From the NCBI GenBank assembly GCA_002633005.1, contig NMRA01000181.1, forward strand, positions 258,959 through 322,958: 64,000 bases of DNA, read 5' to 3'. This stretch comes from Phoronis australis (lineage: Eukaryota; Animalia; Phoronida). Position numbers and translations under genes: made by a program. A model generated the notes under the pieces. That model ran no database searches. It saw only the letters and a list, made by a program, of their open reading frames with translations, and was not told where the DNA came from. Below, piece after piece: positions 51,376 to 62,583 of this stretch (its first letter is position 1; every line of letters begins with the position of its first letter).

Positions 51376-53161
51376 AGACCCAATTCACGCGGCGGACATT
51401 AAAATCCAAAGCGAGGCTTATTGCGATAAACAAAGCGAAAGTAGACATTGCGTGAGTTAAATTGCCGGTCTTTCGAGTCCAACCTGGATGTTAAATTTTA
51501 ATGATGTGTCGACAATTAGCCACGGAGACGTAGAAAGTTACATTAGAGAACAAGTTAAGGCGCCAAAGAGTTGTCTGACGAAAGGGTTTAACTTTTTTCG
51601 GAAAACTAGGTTCGAAACATGAAAAGTAAATATGACCAAATTGCGGCGATCGTAGCGTTACGGATTAGGTATTATGCTGAATGCTGGGTTACGTTTTTTC
51701 TTGTAAATTGTTGATCAAAATACTTTCTACGCGAACCAGGTCATCTGTTCGTATTGTTGACGAGTTGAAGACATGTTCGACAGTGGTGGCTGTCATGTGC
51801 AATTAGTCAAATCTGGTTTAATTTGTTGATATTAACATCAAGCTTAGCCTGATCCCATGCACTCACTGCGACTAACAGTTGATTTGTCATTGATCTGAAA
51901 GAATAATTGATGTTATTACATATATTTTTATTAAAAATAAAAAACCAGGCTCGTAATTGAAAATAAAAAATATTTGACCATCAATTCTGCTTTCTTGGTT
52001 GTAATAATTCTTACGTCTATTTCATGTGTTAGATTTCAAATACCTGAATCTGGACCAAGTTGAATTTTAAAATTAAAACACCTAATTCGTTGGTCCAAAG
52101 CACAACCTCGTTTTAGAACCCAATTTCAGTTAACTGGACAATGCAATCATAGTTATCATGTTTCTGCAGGAGCCTCGTTCATCCGATGGGAAAGGTGCCA
52201 GTGCCCACTGAGAGGCGATTTTTTCGCCGAGTGAGGGCGGGAACAATCTACCTTCCGATCACCATCAATAGCACCCCCGCCCTTTTGTAGGCTCTGTCTC
52301 AATTTAAAGTAGCCTTTTATGCTCTTAAATATTGTCACCTGTGTGGTTACAGGTGATGTGAACTCAGAGAGATTTTTCAGTGTGGGAATTTTTATGCCCC
52401 GTGGGTGGAATTTCACGTGATATTTCAATATTTTTGAGAGGGGAATAGGGCCAATATTGGGACCCAAAATCGAGGGATTGAGAGCCCTGTCCTTTTTGGA
52501 AAGAAGAATTATAATGTTTCAACCCGTAGCAGGGGCGGATCCAGAATTTTGAGTTAGGGGGGGCGGCAGGGCACAGGAATAAGCATCATTTCGGCAGATG
52601 CGGGCGCCCAGCCTAAAATCTGGGGATGCAGTGGTCTTGAATTCCTGGCTTTGCGTACCTGTTGACTAAAAAAAACGGTAAATGGGGTTCATGCGTTGTT
52701 TATTCACCCCCCAAGACCCCCTGGTTGCGCACGTGTGCTAGTCAGCAATTCGCGCCCGAACTCAAAAATGGGATCTGATGCAATTTTAGGGGGGCCATGG
52801 CCCCCTTGCCCCCGCCCCCCTAAATCCGTAGTCATGAAAACACAGCCTGGCTGGCCCATTCTCCGGTCGTTACTGTGATCCTTGACAACCGAGATGCGAC
52901 AAATTATGATCTAACTTTTCGAAAACATTTATAAATTTTACACGGACATATTTTGCTTAGTCGCGGCGTATGGCAACGATCCAACGCTTCCAAATCTCAA
53001 CGTCTTTAGGGATTGTAAAGCAGACAGTTGCGTGTCCGTATTTTTTCTAGCCGTTCGCGGAAAAACACGGACTGAAATACAGAACTATGCCGATAAGCTA
53101 ACGGAGCTATCGTAGCGATTTTCGTTTTGGAACGCGCCTCCTGTCGGCGTGAATTTGGTCT
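51376..53161 (-). mobile_element. Non-autonomous THAP-bearing TIR element (ISL2EU/Harbinger-like) with both ends present
   Basis: TIR agacccaattcacgc / gcgtgaatttggtct, flanked att|...|att. Internal sequence is the reverse complement of 15854-17105, including the THAP fragment at about 52960-53020. Confidence 0.8.
52530..52825. mobile_element. ~300-bp GC-rich MITE-like insertion (CAGGGGCGGATCC end)
   Basis: Absent from the homologous site at about 16055-16065. ccgtag duplicated at 52524-29 and 52826-31. Ends caggggcggatccagaatttt ... gggggccatggcccccttgcc..ctaaatccg. Confidence 0.75.
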
Positions 53162-53346
53162 ATTCTCGAAGCACCTTCAATCCTACTCTTTACTACAATC
53201 AGAGTGTTTCCAGACAGTGGTCACATAAGATTTCGTTTTGGGATGAGACTCGAGAGTGATGTGCGCTTAGATAAAAGGGCGCTCATGGATCACGTCTGAA
53301 GATGCGCAGTTTTAAGGAATTCCAAGTCTTTCAGTAGGTAACGCCT

Positions 53347-53473
53347 GCTGGTTTTACTCGTTTACGTGTGAACCCGTGCGGGTTTTACTCGTTTACGTGT
53401 GAACCCGTGCGGGTTTTACTCCTTTAAGAGTGAGCGCGTACACGTTTTACAAGTTTAAGCGTGCGGGTTTTAC
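53347..53473. repeat. 31-bp minisatellite (3 units plus a degenerate one), with inverted degenerate units at about 53860-53935
   Basis: gcgggttttactcgtttacgtgtgaacccgt repeats; taaacgtgtaaaat units downstream suggest subterminal repeats of a small TIR element. Confidence 0.75.
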
Positions 53474-54121
53474 ATATCAGAGCGTTGACGTTGACTCATT
53501 CACACGCTAATCTGTTTTGTAACGGGTTAATGCCCTGCAAAGACGAGTTGACGCGACCGCTGAACGCATTTCAGTCCTACCCCAAAGGGTGCTTAACCCC
53601 AAGTCATAAGATTGACATGAAGTACAGGCAAATGACATGACATCGCCGGGAGTTGTGGACATAAAGCCCCTGCAGTGCTTTCAAAATGTCGTCAATTCCC
53701 CCTGTCAGCCATTCTCGTCTACAAGTGTGAGATTAACACCTTAGTGGATGGGTTAAGTGGGAGGATTAATTACGCAATCGTCATCCACATTTTCTCGTGA
53801 ATGTAGCCTACTGCCTCCCTTCGGGAACGGGAAACCGCATCAATGTAAAAGTTTGCCTATTGCGTAAACGTGTAAAATATGTAGGCGCTCCATCACGCCT
53901 AAACGTGTAAAATCCCCACACGTTCGATCGTAAATCTGTGAATCAACTTTCTAGTCACTGTTGACAGGGGACGCATGTGCATATGTTGTTCGCTTCGTGA
54001 CTCAACATAAATGATTTACATGTATGTTGAGGCCACTTTGCTGATGAGAAATTATACTTTCAACCGGGATGGTTAAGGAAATATATTTGCGTAATAGGCC
54101 GGATGGAGGTTTTGAACTTAA

Positions 54122-55797
54122 AGGAGAATGCCACCCGATTTAATTAGTCTTTTTAGCCGTCTTAATCGGTCTATATTCACATCGCCTCGCATACGGTCGA
54201 CCTTACCTTGCCAAGAGGTGTCGCGTTAACCTGTGAGGAAGGTGAGAAACGACGCTAGCGACGTCAATGGTTCATATGCAGAGTGAATGCCGCTATGTTG
54301 CGGTGCATCGTTCCCGCTTGTCCGAACTAAGCAGCTGCGAGGAAAGCGGGTATAACGTTTTTTTTACTTCATCGAGAGTCTGAAATGCTTAGGACAAGTG
54401 GCTCATGGTAGTAAAGAATGAAATGTACGCTGTAAATAACAAGTATGAGGCCGTGAAACATCTCCGTGTCTGTGGCCTGCAGACGAGTCGACCCCGCGCG
54501 TGCCTGACGAATGCCGGCTTTCCAAATAACCCGATCATACGTTCCGTTGTCTGAGCTTGTTCACGGCGCCTCTCTAGTATTTTTTCATCACTGTATTCCT
54601 GTTCGAATTGATACCCTGTAAAACTTAACGATCCACCTGCGAAGTCGGGACTGATGAGCTGTAGCTCGTCCCAAGTCGGGATTGCTACTGAGTTGCCATG
54701 TTGGCGTTTATTACTGAGCGTTCATTTTCAAAATGAATTATCCTCACCCTAACCGATACTTATATAAAACTGAAACAAATTCTGTATCATTAGATGCAAT
54801 TTGTAATGCCTTTGGAGTGTTCGTGAGTGCAAATGATTTGAGAAGCCAGAAATGAATAAATCACTGCGTTACCGCCGGGCTTTAGGTGCAATAAAACTAA
54901 TTGACGGGATACCTAGGCCGTGTGAGCTCATGCTAATTTAGAGTTTGCTGGCAGAAACTGTTGTGAAACAACTCAATTTCCATCCCACGGCCAGGTGTTA
55001 TGGGAATCTTTATATTACTCAAATAATGATTGTCAATGTACAACTTCTGCCCTGACGGTGCTGTGGCCAAAGCGAAACCCGGTGAATTCGCGGCACCCGA
55101 CGAGTAAGTAGATTTTCAGTTTCAGGCTAATTAACCAACATAATATGGTGCACATTACTTTGGCTCACTAGTATAGTGTTTTCTTGACTGGAAGTTTAGT
55201 TTCCACTGAACTTTGGCTGGTTTATGTTCGTGATGTCTGATCAGTTTCCGAGCCACTGGCGGGGATAACGAGTCAATCCCGGCGACCGGCCTGATCGTGC
55301 TCCGAGCCACTGGCCAGGCTAACAAGCGTTTTGTGTTTAGAACTCAAAAAATCACAAGTCTAAACAACACAGATCTAGGTTCTCCTGTCTGTATCTCACT
55401 AAAAATACTTCGAAATTATCTAGTCCGACCCCAAATTCCTGCTACGGACCTTTTTGGCCTGCCGAACTTTGTAGGCTACGGTGTGTCCAAATACCAGGAA
55501 ATCCGTAACAGCGAAATAAAACAACACGTTTTATAAGAACTCGGTGTGTTTTTAAGGGTTTTACATCGAAGTTTGATGATTTATTGGTGTTACACTTCAA
55601 GCGATAAGCTGACACCAGTAACCCGTGTTGTGAACTGCTGAACAGACTGCGTGTGAAACCGATGACCTCATTGGATAATCTCAACACCTCCGTCTGCCGT
55701 CAGGTGACAGGTAACGCAACCGTACGTGTCGTTATGGAGTAGAACTACTCGATATAAATTGATACAAATTAGGTTGTTTTTTGGGTGGCATGCTCCT
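54122..55797 (+). mobile_element. Kolobok-type non-autonomous element with THAP remnant; diverged inverted homolog of 19516-21260
   Basis: TTAA|aggagaatgccac ... gtggcatgctcct|TTAA. From 54295: MLRCIVPACPN*AAARKAGITFF...DKWLMVV...KHLRVCGL. Confidence 0.85.
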
Positions 55798-55954
55798 TTA
55801 AGATACTCGGGTCATCAATTTATGTTTCGAGTGTTGTGTCAGCGGAACATACGATCATATATCCTCGGGTAAATGCTTCTACAGACAAGCGTTACAACTT
55901 TCCTTTCTGCAGCATATGCCAAAGATCTTGTCAGTTAAGTGATTTTCTTTTCAG

Positions 55955-56002
55955 TGACTGATACTTCTACCACGGCGAGTGTTAACAGTGGGACAGGCGA
56001 AA
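55955..56002 (+). CDS. Ser/Thr-rich microexon (48 nt), not in ORF track
   Basis: Strong acceptor gattttcttttcag|, donor |gtaagt; phase 1-1; open frame (V)TDTSTTASVNSGTGE. Confidence 0.7.
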
Positions 56003-56580
56003 GTAAGTTAGCCTACTACATTTTTTGTTATTAAAACCTTCCTTGACAGGCAAAGCAAATTTAGTTCCTATAGTATGTCAAAGACTATGACCACAGTGAA
56101 TTCACAAATTTCCAAATGTAATGAGCACTTATACTCTTTGCCTGACATTCGTCTACGTCACTGCGAGAATCTCAGTCAATGCAAACAGCTATGAACAACA
56201 CACACAAACAATGTTTTATGGTTTATGTATGCTCTGGTAACCAAGACTGACTGATGCATACTTCTGCCTCCGGTACCGGCAAGTGTTCAAAATTACTGCT
56301 ATCAGCCGTTCTTTGCTTGCTTCTGGCAGTGACGCGATATGTCTCAAAAAGGCTAATTCTCGTATTTCCAGTGACGTACATGTAGATGCGTTTGAACGTC
56401 CAGGCATTAAAAGTTGTCTTATTGGGTTGGTGAAGCGTCGCTACGCCTCTGTAGATAGCTCAATGATCCCAGAGAACAAATATACGTTCTGGGAAGACTT
56501 TAAAACGTATCTCTCATGGAATTAGCATGATTAGCATGACAATGTCTGCTTGAGCAGATCTGACGCACCGCAGAAGGCAC

Positions 56581-57026
56581 CAGTGGCCGGTTGCATGAAA
56601 CAGCTCCAAATATGAACTCAACTGAGGTCCCTATAAAGAGTCTTTTTTCGTATTCGTGTCTTTATGCACTCACAGATGAGATATGTTTCTATCATTTCAT
56701 CTTTATTATGAGTCCCTCTTTAATCAATGACATTTTCTACTAATATAACTAAAAACCGAACCCTGATATCACCAAAAATAATTAGGGACTCACTCCTTAA
56801 ATTGGGGGTGTTGCATGAAAAGAACCCTAATTATTTTCGATAATATTGGCAATTCAACGTATAGTTCACTCTCGATATGTATCAGAGTCAAAAGTTGATT
56901 TAGTAATTAAATTAAAACAATACAAGAAAGGGCAAACGATGTTTTCACAAGTCCAGCCATATGCCTTAGGTTTTAGGGAACTTAGTTGAGTCCTTATGTG
57001 GGACTGTTTCATTCAACCGGGCACAG
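56581..57026. mobile_element. MITE with ~55-bp TIRs (Harbinger/Tourist-like)
   Basis: cagtggccggttgcatgaaacagctccaaatatgaactcaactgaggtccctataaa vs revcomp of ttttagggaacttagttgagtccttatgtgggactgtttcattcaaccgggcacag. Confidence 0.7.
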
Positions 57027-58044
57027 GCCACCTGCCTTTTTATCCAGTGCATAAAGTCGAATTGGCACTCGGGATTTAGCTTAAAGGGGAATTTTCACGC
57101 TAATTCCTTGTCTCTGTGATTGTTTGGTAAAATTATCTAGAAATACATATCGAGACGATCTGAATATGAAGTAAGTTGAAAGTTTCCAACTGTTTTTAAG
57201 AACGAGTTTTGTGTCGAAAATGATGCTCCATAAACCACTCAACCAACAAAGAAAGGTCAGTCGTAGTTTTGAAAACCTAGAACAGATCTTGCTGATCGGA
57301 AATTTTGTCACCAGTCCTTGCCGTGGATACGAGTCTATTCCATGCACGGCACATTACGGGATCGGCGGGGAAGTTGCACAAATGTATGACAAGGCCTTTT
57401 ACACTGCTACACCCGTACGTAACGTGACATTTTAGCCCAGAGACCGATAACTAGCCTACGTCCACGAAATGAGCTGTTACGCAGTGGGGCTTAGGGGAAA
57501 TTTCGTTGGCACGATGATGTCATATGTACCACTTTACAGTGATTGGTTGAGAACTTCTCTGGGGAGCTCGAAGGGGCTTCGAATTATGGGCGAAATGCAC
57601 ACTGCAGTTAATTACATTTCCTTATTCAAAAAAGTCGTATTTTTGGTGTCAAAAGAGTGTTTTGGTCGCTGAAGACTATCTTTAACGGGAGATTGTCATG
57701 TGTTATCGCACTTCGAATCTGAGGTCGACACCACGGTATGAGGGAAGGCAGGGAAGCAAGCAATTTTCCAAAAATAACTCCAAGTGCATTTTAGAATATG
57801 TTTGAACACTACGATACTGTTTCAAGTAATTTCAAACAGCTAGGACTTACATTAATTGTCTTTTTAATCGGACTGGTCTCTGCTTGAAGTTGCGTTTGTT
57901 TTGTTCACGTCAAATGTCAATAGCCAAAGGTTTATATTTTGCCATACTTCATAAGGAGACGTGTTTTGTCCTGTGAGAGAAAAATCAACTCGATAACGAG
58001 AAGTTGACAGATTGTTCTGTTTAAAATTGGAAACTAAAAGCAAA

Positions 58045-58749
58045 ATCAAAAACCGGACGATCGCCGCACAAATAAAAAAGTTCATGTTCAACTCAACGTT
58101 TCGTCTTTTCATTAGACATCATCAGGATCATATTTACAACAATTTAGGACAACAAGTGCCAACATACAGCTCAGGTAACATCCATAGAGTGAAGTGAGAG
58201 ATACAAAGAATATGGTCAGTAGCTGGTCATCACCATAGCTGCAGGGTCACTGAGCTCTGCATGTTATTCAGAGAATCAGTGGCATGCTGGTTCTGAATGG
58301 CCAATGACTCTTTAATGTACAGTAACTCCTTATTAGGTTCTCTGCAGATAATACTAACAGAGTTGCCTTGGTGATAGTAGCTAATACAATGCCTATATAT
58401 GTTACTTTTCTCTGAGGTGTGATGTTCTTTCAACCTGTCACAGAGCCGTCTCTGTGTGAGTCCTATATAGAATTCCTTACAATTGTCACATTCAACCTTA
58501 TACACAACATTGCTCTTGTTCAATAAAGGGATGGGTGACTTCAGTTAAAACAGCATATTGGAAAGTTTCGAAGGGGTTTGAAAACAACTATCAGTTCAAC
58601 TGCTGGGTCTATGCAATGAATAAGGCGAGATAATAGTAATGTTGTCATAAATTGTTGTTAATATGATCCTGATGATGTCTAATGAAAAGACGAAACGTTG
58701 AATTGAACATGAACTTATTTATTTGTGCGGCGATCGTCCGGTTTTTGAT
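58045..58749 (-). mobile_element. 5'-truncated Penelope-like element: GIY-YIG endonuclease with inverted pseudo-LTRs
   Basis: ORF 58230-58523: NVVYKVECDNCKEFYIGLTQRRLCDRLKEH...IYRHC..YH...KESLAI..SLN. ~100-bp inverted repeats at 58045-58146 and 58648-58749. Confidence 0.9.
58663..58705 (+). ncRNA. Candidate minimal hammerhead ribozyme in the Penelope pseudo-LTR (second copy on minus strand at about 58089-58131)
   Basis: CTGATGA-t-gtct(aatgaaa)agac-GAAA-CG-TT: catalytic core boxes, 4-bp stem II, palindromic AACGTT in place of stem III. Stem I is weak. Confidence 0.55.
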
Positions 58750-59459
58750 CTTATTTTGGCCAAAAACTGATTTAATTGAAAGAAAAATGCTTTGACGTCA
58801 ACAGAAATTCAAAATCTTTACGAACGAACCATAACATGTGAGCAGATTCAATTCTGTTTCAGTTGCAGAGAATCACTTTGATTAGTGCAATTTAGACTTT
58901 TTTGCGTTACATACATGTTCATTTTTAGTTAAATGTGTCCAAACGTCGAAATGATTTCACATTCGAATTGTCATATTTTCTTGAAACAGTATCATCGATT
59001 TTACTATGGGCGTATGAATGTGTCGATCAAATTTAAACTTTGTCCTGTCGGTGTTTTTTGAGGGCAGCCCAATCTTTCGATAAGTTCAGAGTGATATATT
59101 TCCGCAGATACACCCATGGGTTACATTTGAAAAGAACATGCCGTTTCAATCTTAAAAGTTTCCAAATTTCACAGGAAACGCACATTAAAACCTTAACTAA
59201 AGAAAAGTTTCAATTCACTAACTTTTACTTGAGGGGACAGTAATACATCATAATGTTTATTGAGTCACTTGGTTTCAGTTTGCGCGCCAACTACATAACT
59301 GACACATCCGAACGTATTTTTGCCCCCCTAAATATACGCCGGGGCGTATATGTGAGTTTGAATTTTGGACCCTAAACTGATATTCTCTGAATATATGCCC
59401 CGGGCTTGTCAGAAGTGTCAGCAGAAAACTAAGGTAACGATCGTTACTAACGTTTCCAG

Positions 59460-59513
59460 GTGACCACACTGGTATTACTACAGAATCGATAACTACCACC
59501 ATCGCAGCCGCCA
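59460..59513 (+). CDS. Thr-rich microexon (54 nt), not in ORF track
   Basis: Branch-point consensus TACTAAC at 59445-59451, acceptor gtttccag|, donor |gtaagt; phase 1-1; (S)DHTGITTESITTTIAAA. Confidence 0.72.
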
Positions 59514-59790
59514 GTAAGTTTTTATTCTCTTTTACTGTTAATAGACTTGCATCTATTGGCGTCTATTTAAATGACTCATAGCAAGTGGTACCCCTCACAC
59601 TAGGACTTATAAGCCAGAATCTCCAAGAAAAATCAATTCATACAAGGTACATGTGGGTAACATATATGAAAATGTAAAGAAAAACTGCGCAGTTTTCTCT
59701 CTCACGTGTACATGTACATGTAGGTGTAACAGATATCTCTGTTTGTGTTATCAACAAAACTGCAAACTAGTTTACTCATAAGGTACTTAT

Positions 59791-62178
59791 CACTGAGAAA
59801 ACAAACGGATTTTTAGTAACTAGCTCCCCAAATGTAAGACAAAATAACACGGCTTCTGCAAAATAACGTTCTTCTGTGTATGAAAAATGACAAAACTCCG
59901 GGGACTGATGGTTTTCCTGTAGAGTTTTACAAATTTTTTGGAAAGAATTTTCGCCATTTTTGATCAATTTTGTTAATTTTACAGTTTTCGAACCGGCCGT
60001 CTCCCTACCACTATGAGTCAAGGTGTCATTACTTTGACTCCTAAGAACAAGAAACCACGTGAATACATTAAAAATTGGAGGCCAATCTCCTTACTAAATT
60101 CAAGTTATAAACAATTATCAACAAAAGATAAAATCTGTTTTAAATAAGTTAATTCATCCTAATCAAACTGGGTTTCTCCCACATCGTTTTATCGGGGAGA
60201 ACGCCAGAGTGATTTATGACATCTTACAATATACTCAAGTTAAGGATATTCCCAGACATCTGGTATTAATTGATTTTGAAAAATCCTTTGATTCTGTGTC
60301 CTGGGGATTTCTTAAGAAAGTTCTACACTATTTCAATTTTGGTGGCGATTTTATTCTTTGGTTCACAATACTCAATGAAAATGTCCAACTTTCGGTCATT
60401 CAGTGTGGCTTTACGTCTAAGTACTTTAACATTTGCTAGGTTGCAAACAAGGGGATCCCCTTTCACCTTATTTTTTGTTGTGTGCCGAAATTATGGCATC
60501 TATGCTGAGGCAATGCGAGAATGTTGAAGGCATAAAAGTAAGCTCTTTAGAGTATAAATTAATGCAGTATGCAGACGACACGGTCCTCTTTCAAGATGGT
60601 TCAGAGACCTCTTTAAAATCGTCACTTAACCTTCTTGATCAGTTTGCTAAGTATTCTGGTTTGACACCCAATATCGATAAAACTGTTTGTATATGGATTG
60701 GTTCTAAGATGTGTTGTGGTGATAAGCTTTGCTGTGAAAAAGACTTAAAATGGGCAAGTTCCCAGTTCACATCTCTTGAAATTACCTTCTCTGTCAACTT
60801 ACAGGACATGATTCACTTAAACTACGATGTAAAATTAAACGAGGTTAGAAAAGGCATTGAAAATTGGTCACAAAGAAATTTATCTACCTTTGGTAAGATA
60901 ACGGTTGTCAAATCTTTTTTATCACCAAAACTGATTCACCTCTTTTAGACACTTCCTCTTCCAAGTGCTACTTTTTAAGGACGTTTGAAAAATATTCTTT
61001 TAATTTTATATGGGTACCTCTTGTTAAATAAATGGAATAAAAGATTTTTAGAAGGAAAAAATAAGGAATGGGATATATTACCTAAATACGTTTATAGAAA
61101 CTATGGAGGTTGTTTAATTTTAAAATATAATTATGCTTATAAAATTGAGTCAAGAAAATTTCAACGTACTGTACTCTGATATGCTATTGTCCTGGGAGCA
61201 AGTAACACATTACTTACATAAGAATATTGGTTTGTAAAATCAAGTTGTACGGAATAACAAACATAGTTTGATAAATGGAAACGCTGTGTTCTACATCAGC
61301 TACTACAATACTGGAACTGTTTTTGTTCAAGACTTAATAGATTTTGAAAATATATTATTATCCTGGGAGGCTTAAAGGAAAGGTACAAATTAACAATTGG
61401 ATAAAGTACATTGCTCTGGCCAAGGCAACGCAAATTTGAGATATTCCGATTAATGATAGAGCCAGCAGCATGCAGGACTTTGCACCGGATCAGATTGATT
61501 CGAGATGGACAAAAGATGTAGTACTTTCCAGGGAGACATCAGTTCCTCAAGTAGAACACAGTTTGTTAAAATTATTTTCTGATCAGCAAATCAAACAGAT
61601 ATGATGTTATGCCTTTCAAACTGTTGCTCCAAACTCAGTTTTGAAATATCACATAAAAAAAAAGTTTACACAAATACATTTTAAAGAAAATGACAATGGT
61701 CCAAAACGACAAATTCTCATTTTGTGGACTCGTAGAAACTTTCAATCACTGTGCTTTCTTTTTGGAAAAGTTTACAAACATGGATTTCCAACGACGTTGG
61801 AGCTAACCTGTTACTTGCTGAAAAGCGTGTCCTGCTACTCGCATACTTAGGTGATCGTTGCTATGAAATTAATCACATATTAATATTAGCTCAGTACTTT
61901 ATATAGACTTTTTCGAAATCTTCATCGATTCCTGTACTTGAGAGATTTCACCCAATTCTATTTGACACTGTCAAGACATGGACAAGTATGAAATCTAGAG
62001 AATCACCCCGTGACTTGTCGGAATTTTTTGAAACCCTATACATTCAGTATAAATTCAAGCAGAGCTGGAATGTGTGAATGTGAAAGTGAATGTATTTTTG
62101 TTTGTTTTCTTTTCTAGTGAATTCCACTGTTAATTTCAGCTTCTGTAAATAAACTTATTAAAAAACAAAAAACAAAAA
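59791..62178 (+). mobile_element. 5'-truncated L1/Tx1-clade LINE, decayed ORF2
   Basis: KTPGTDGFPVEFYKFFW, NWRPISLLN, QTGF..RFIGEN, IDFEKSFDSVSW, GCKQGDPLSPY, QYADDT. AATAAA plus A-rich tail at about 62148-62179. TSD ataa(g)gtacttat at 59778-90 and 62179-90. Confidence 0.92.
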
Positions 62179-62358
62179 ATAAGTACTTATTGTTGCCAGC
62201 CACTTTCATGAAATTCTGTGACTCAGAGTTTGATTTGTAGGCATTCCTGTTAGCCTGTCACTACTTTTGGGGCAACAGGGTACTAAAGTAGTGTAAAGTT
62301 TCGTTGTCTTAGAGACTAAGACTCTGATCTTCTTTTTCAACAAAATGAATTGTTGCAG

Positions 62359-62583
62359 GGTGTAATGGAAAGAGTCAATCAAACGCCATTGGCAGCCCGT
62401 CAGGAGCAGTGGACAATGGTACGACAGTGACGTACACGTGTAATAGTGGATATATAACCAGGTTGGGGAAGACAAAATACGTTCTCAAGTGCAAGGGAAA
62501 TGACATGTGGAACGGCAAAGAGAACCAGTGTGAAAAGAAAACCACGTCTAAGCCAGCTTCTACTTCAGCCGCCCCTTCAAAAG
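62359..62583 (+). CDS. Coding exon, Sushi/CCP domain 10 plus S/T/P/K-rich linker
   Basis: Acceptor tgttgcag|, donor |gtatgc; 225 nt, phase 1-1. CNGKSQSNA...NGTTVTYTCNSGY...LKCKGNDMWNGKENQCEKKTTSKPASTSAAPSK. The gene continues downstream. Confidence 0.9.

Noticed and set aside
53347-53473. 31-bp repeats as CRISPR or iterons
   Set aside because: Head-to-tail with no spacers; minisatellite or TE subterminal repeat.
244-62583. Assigning a gene symbol (CR1, CFH, SVEP1, CSMD, selectin)
   Set aside because: No CUB, EGF, VWA or lectin exons in the window and no recognisable sequence identity.
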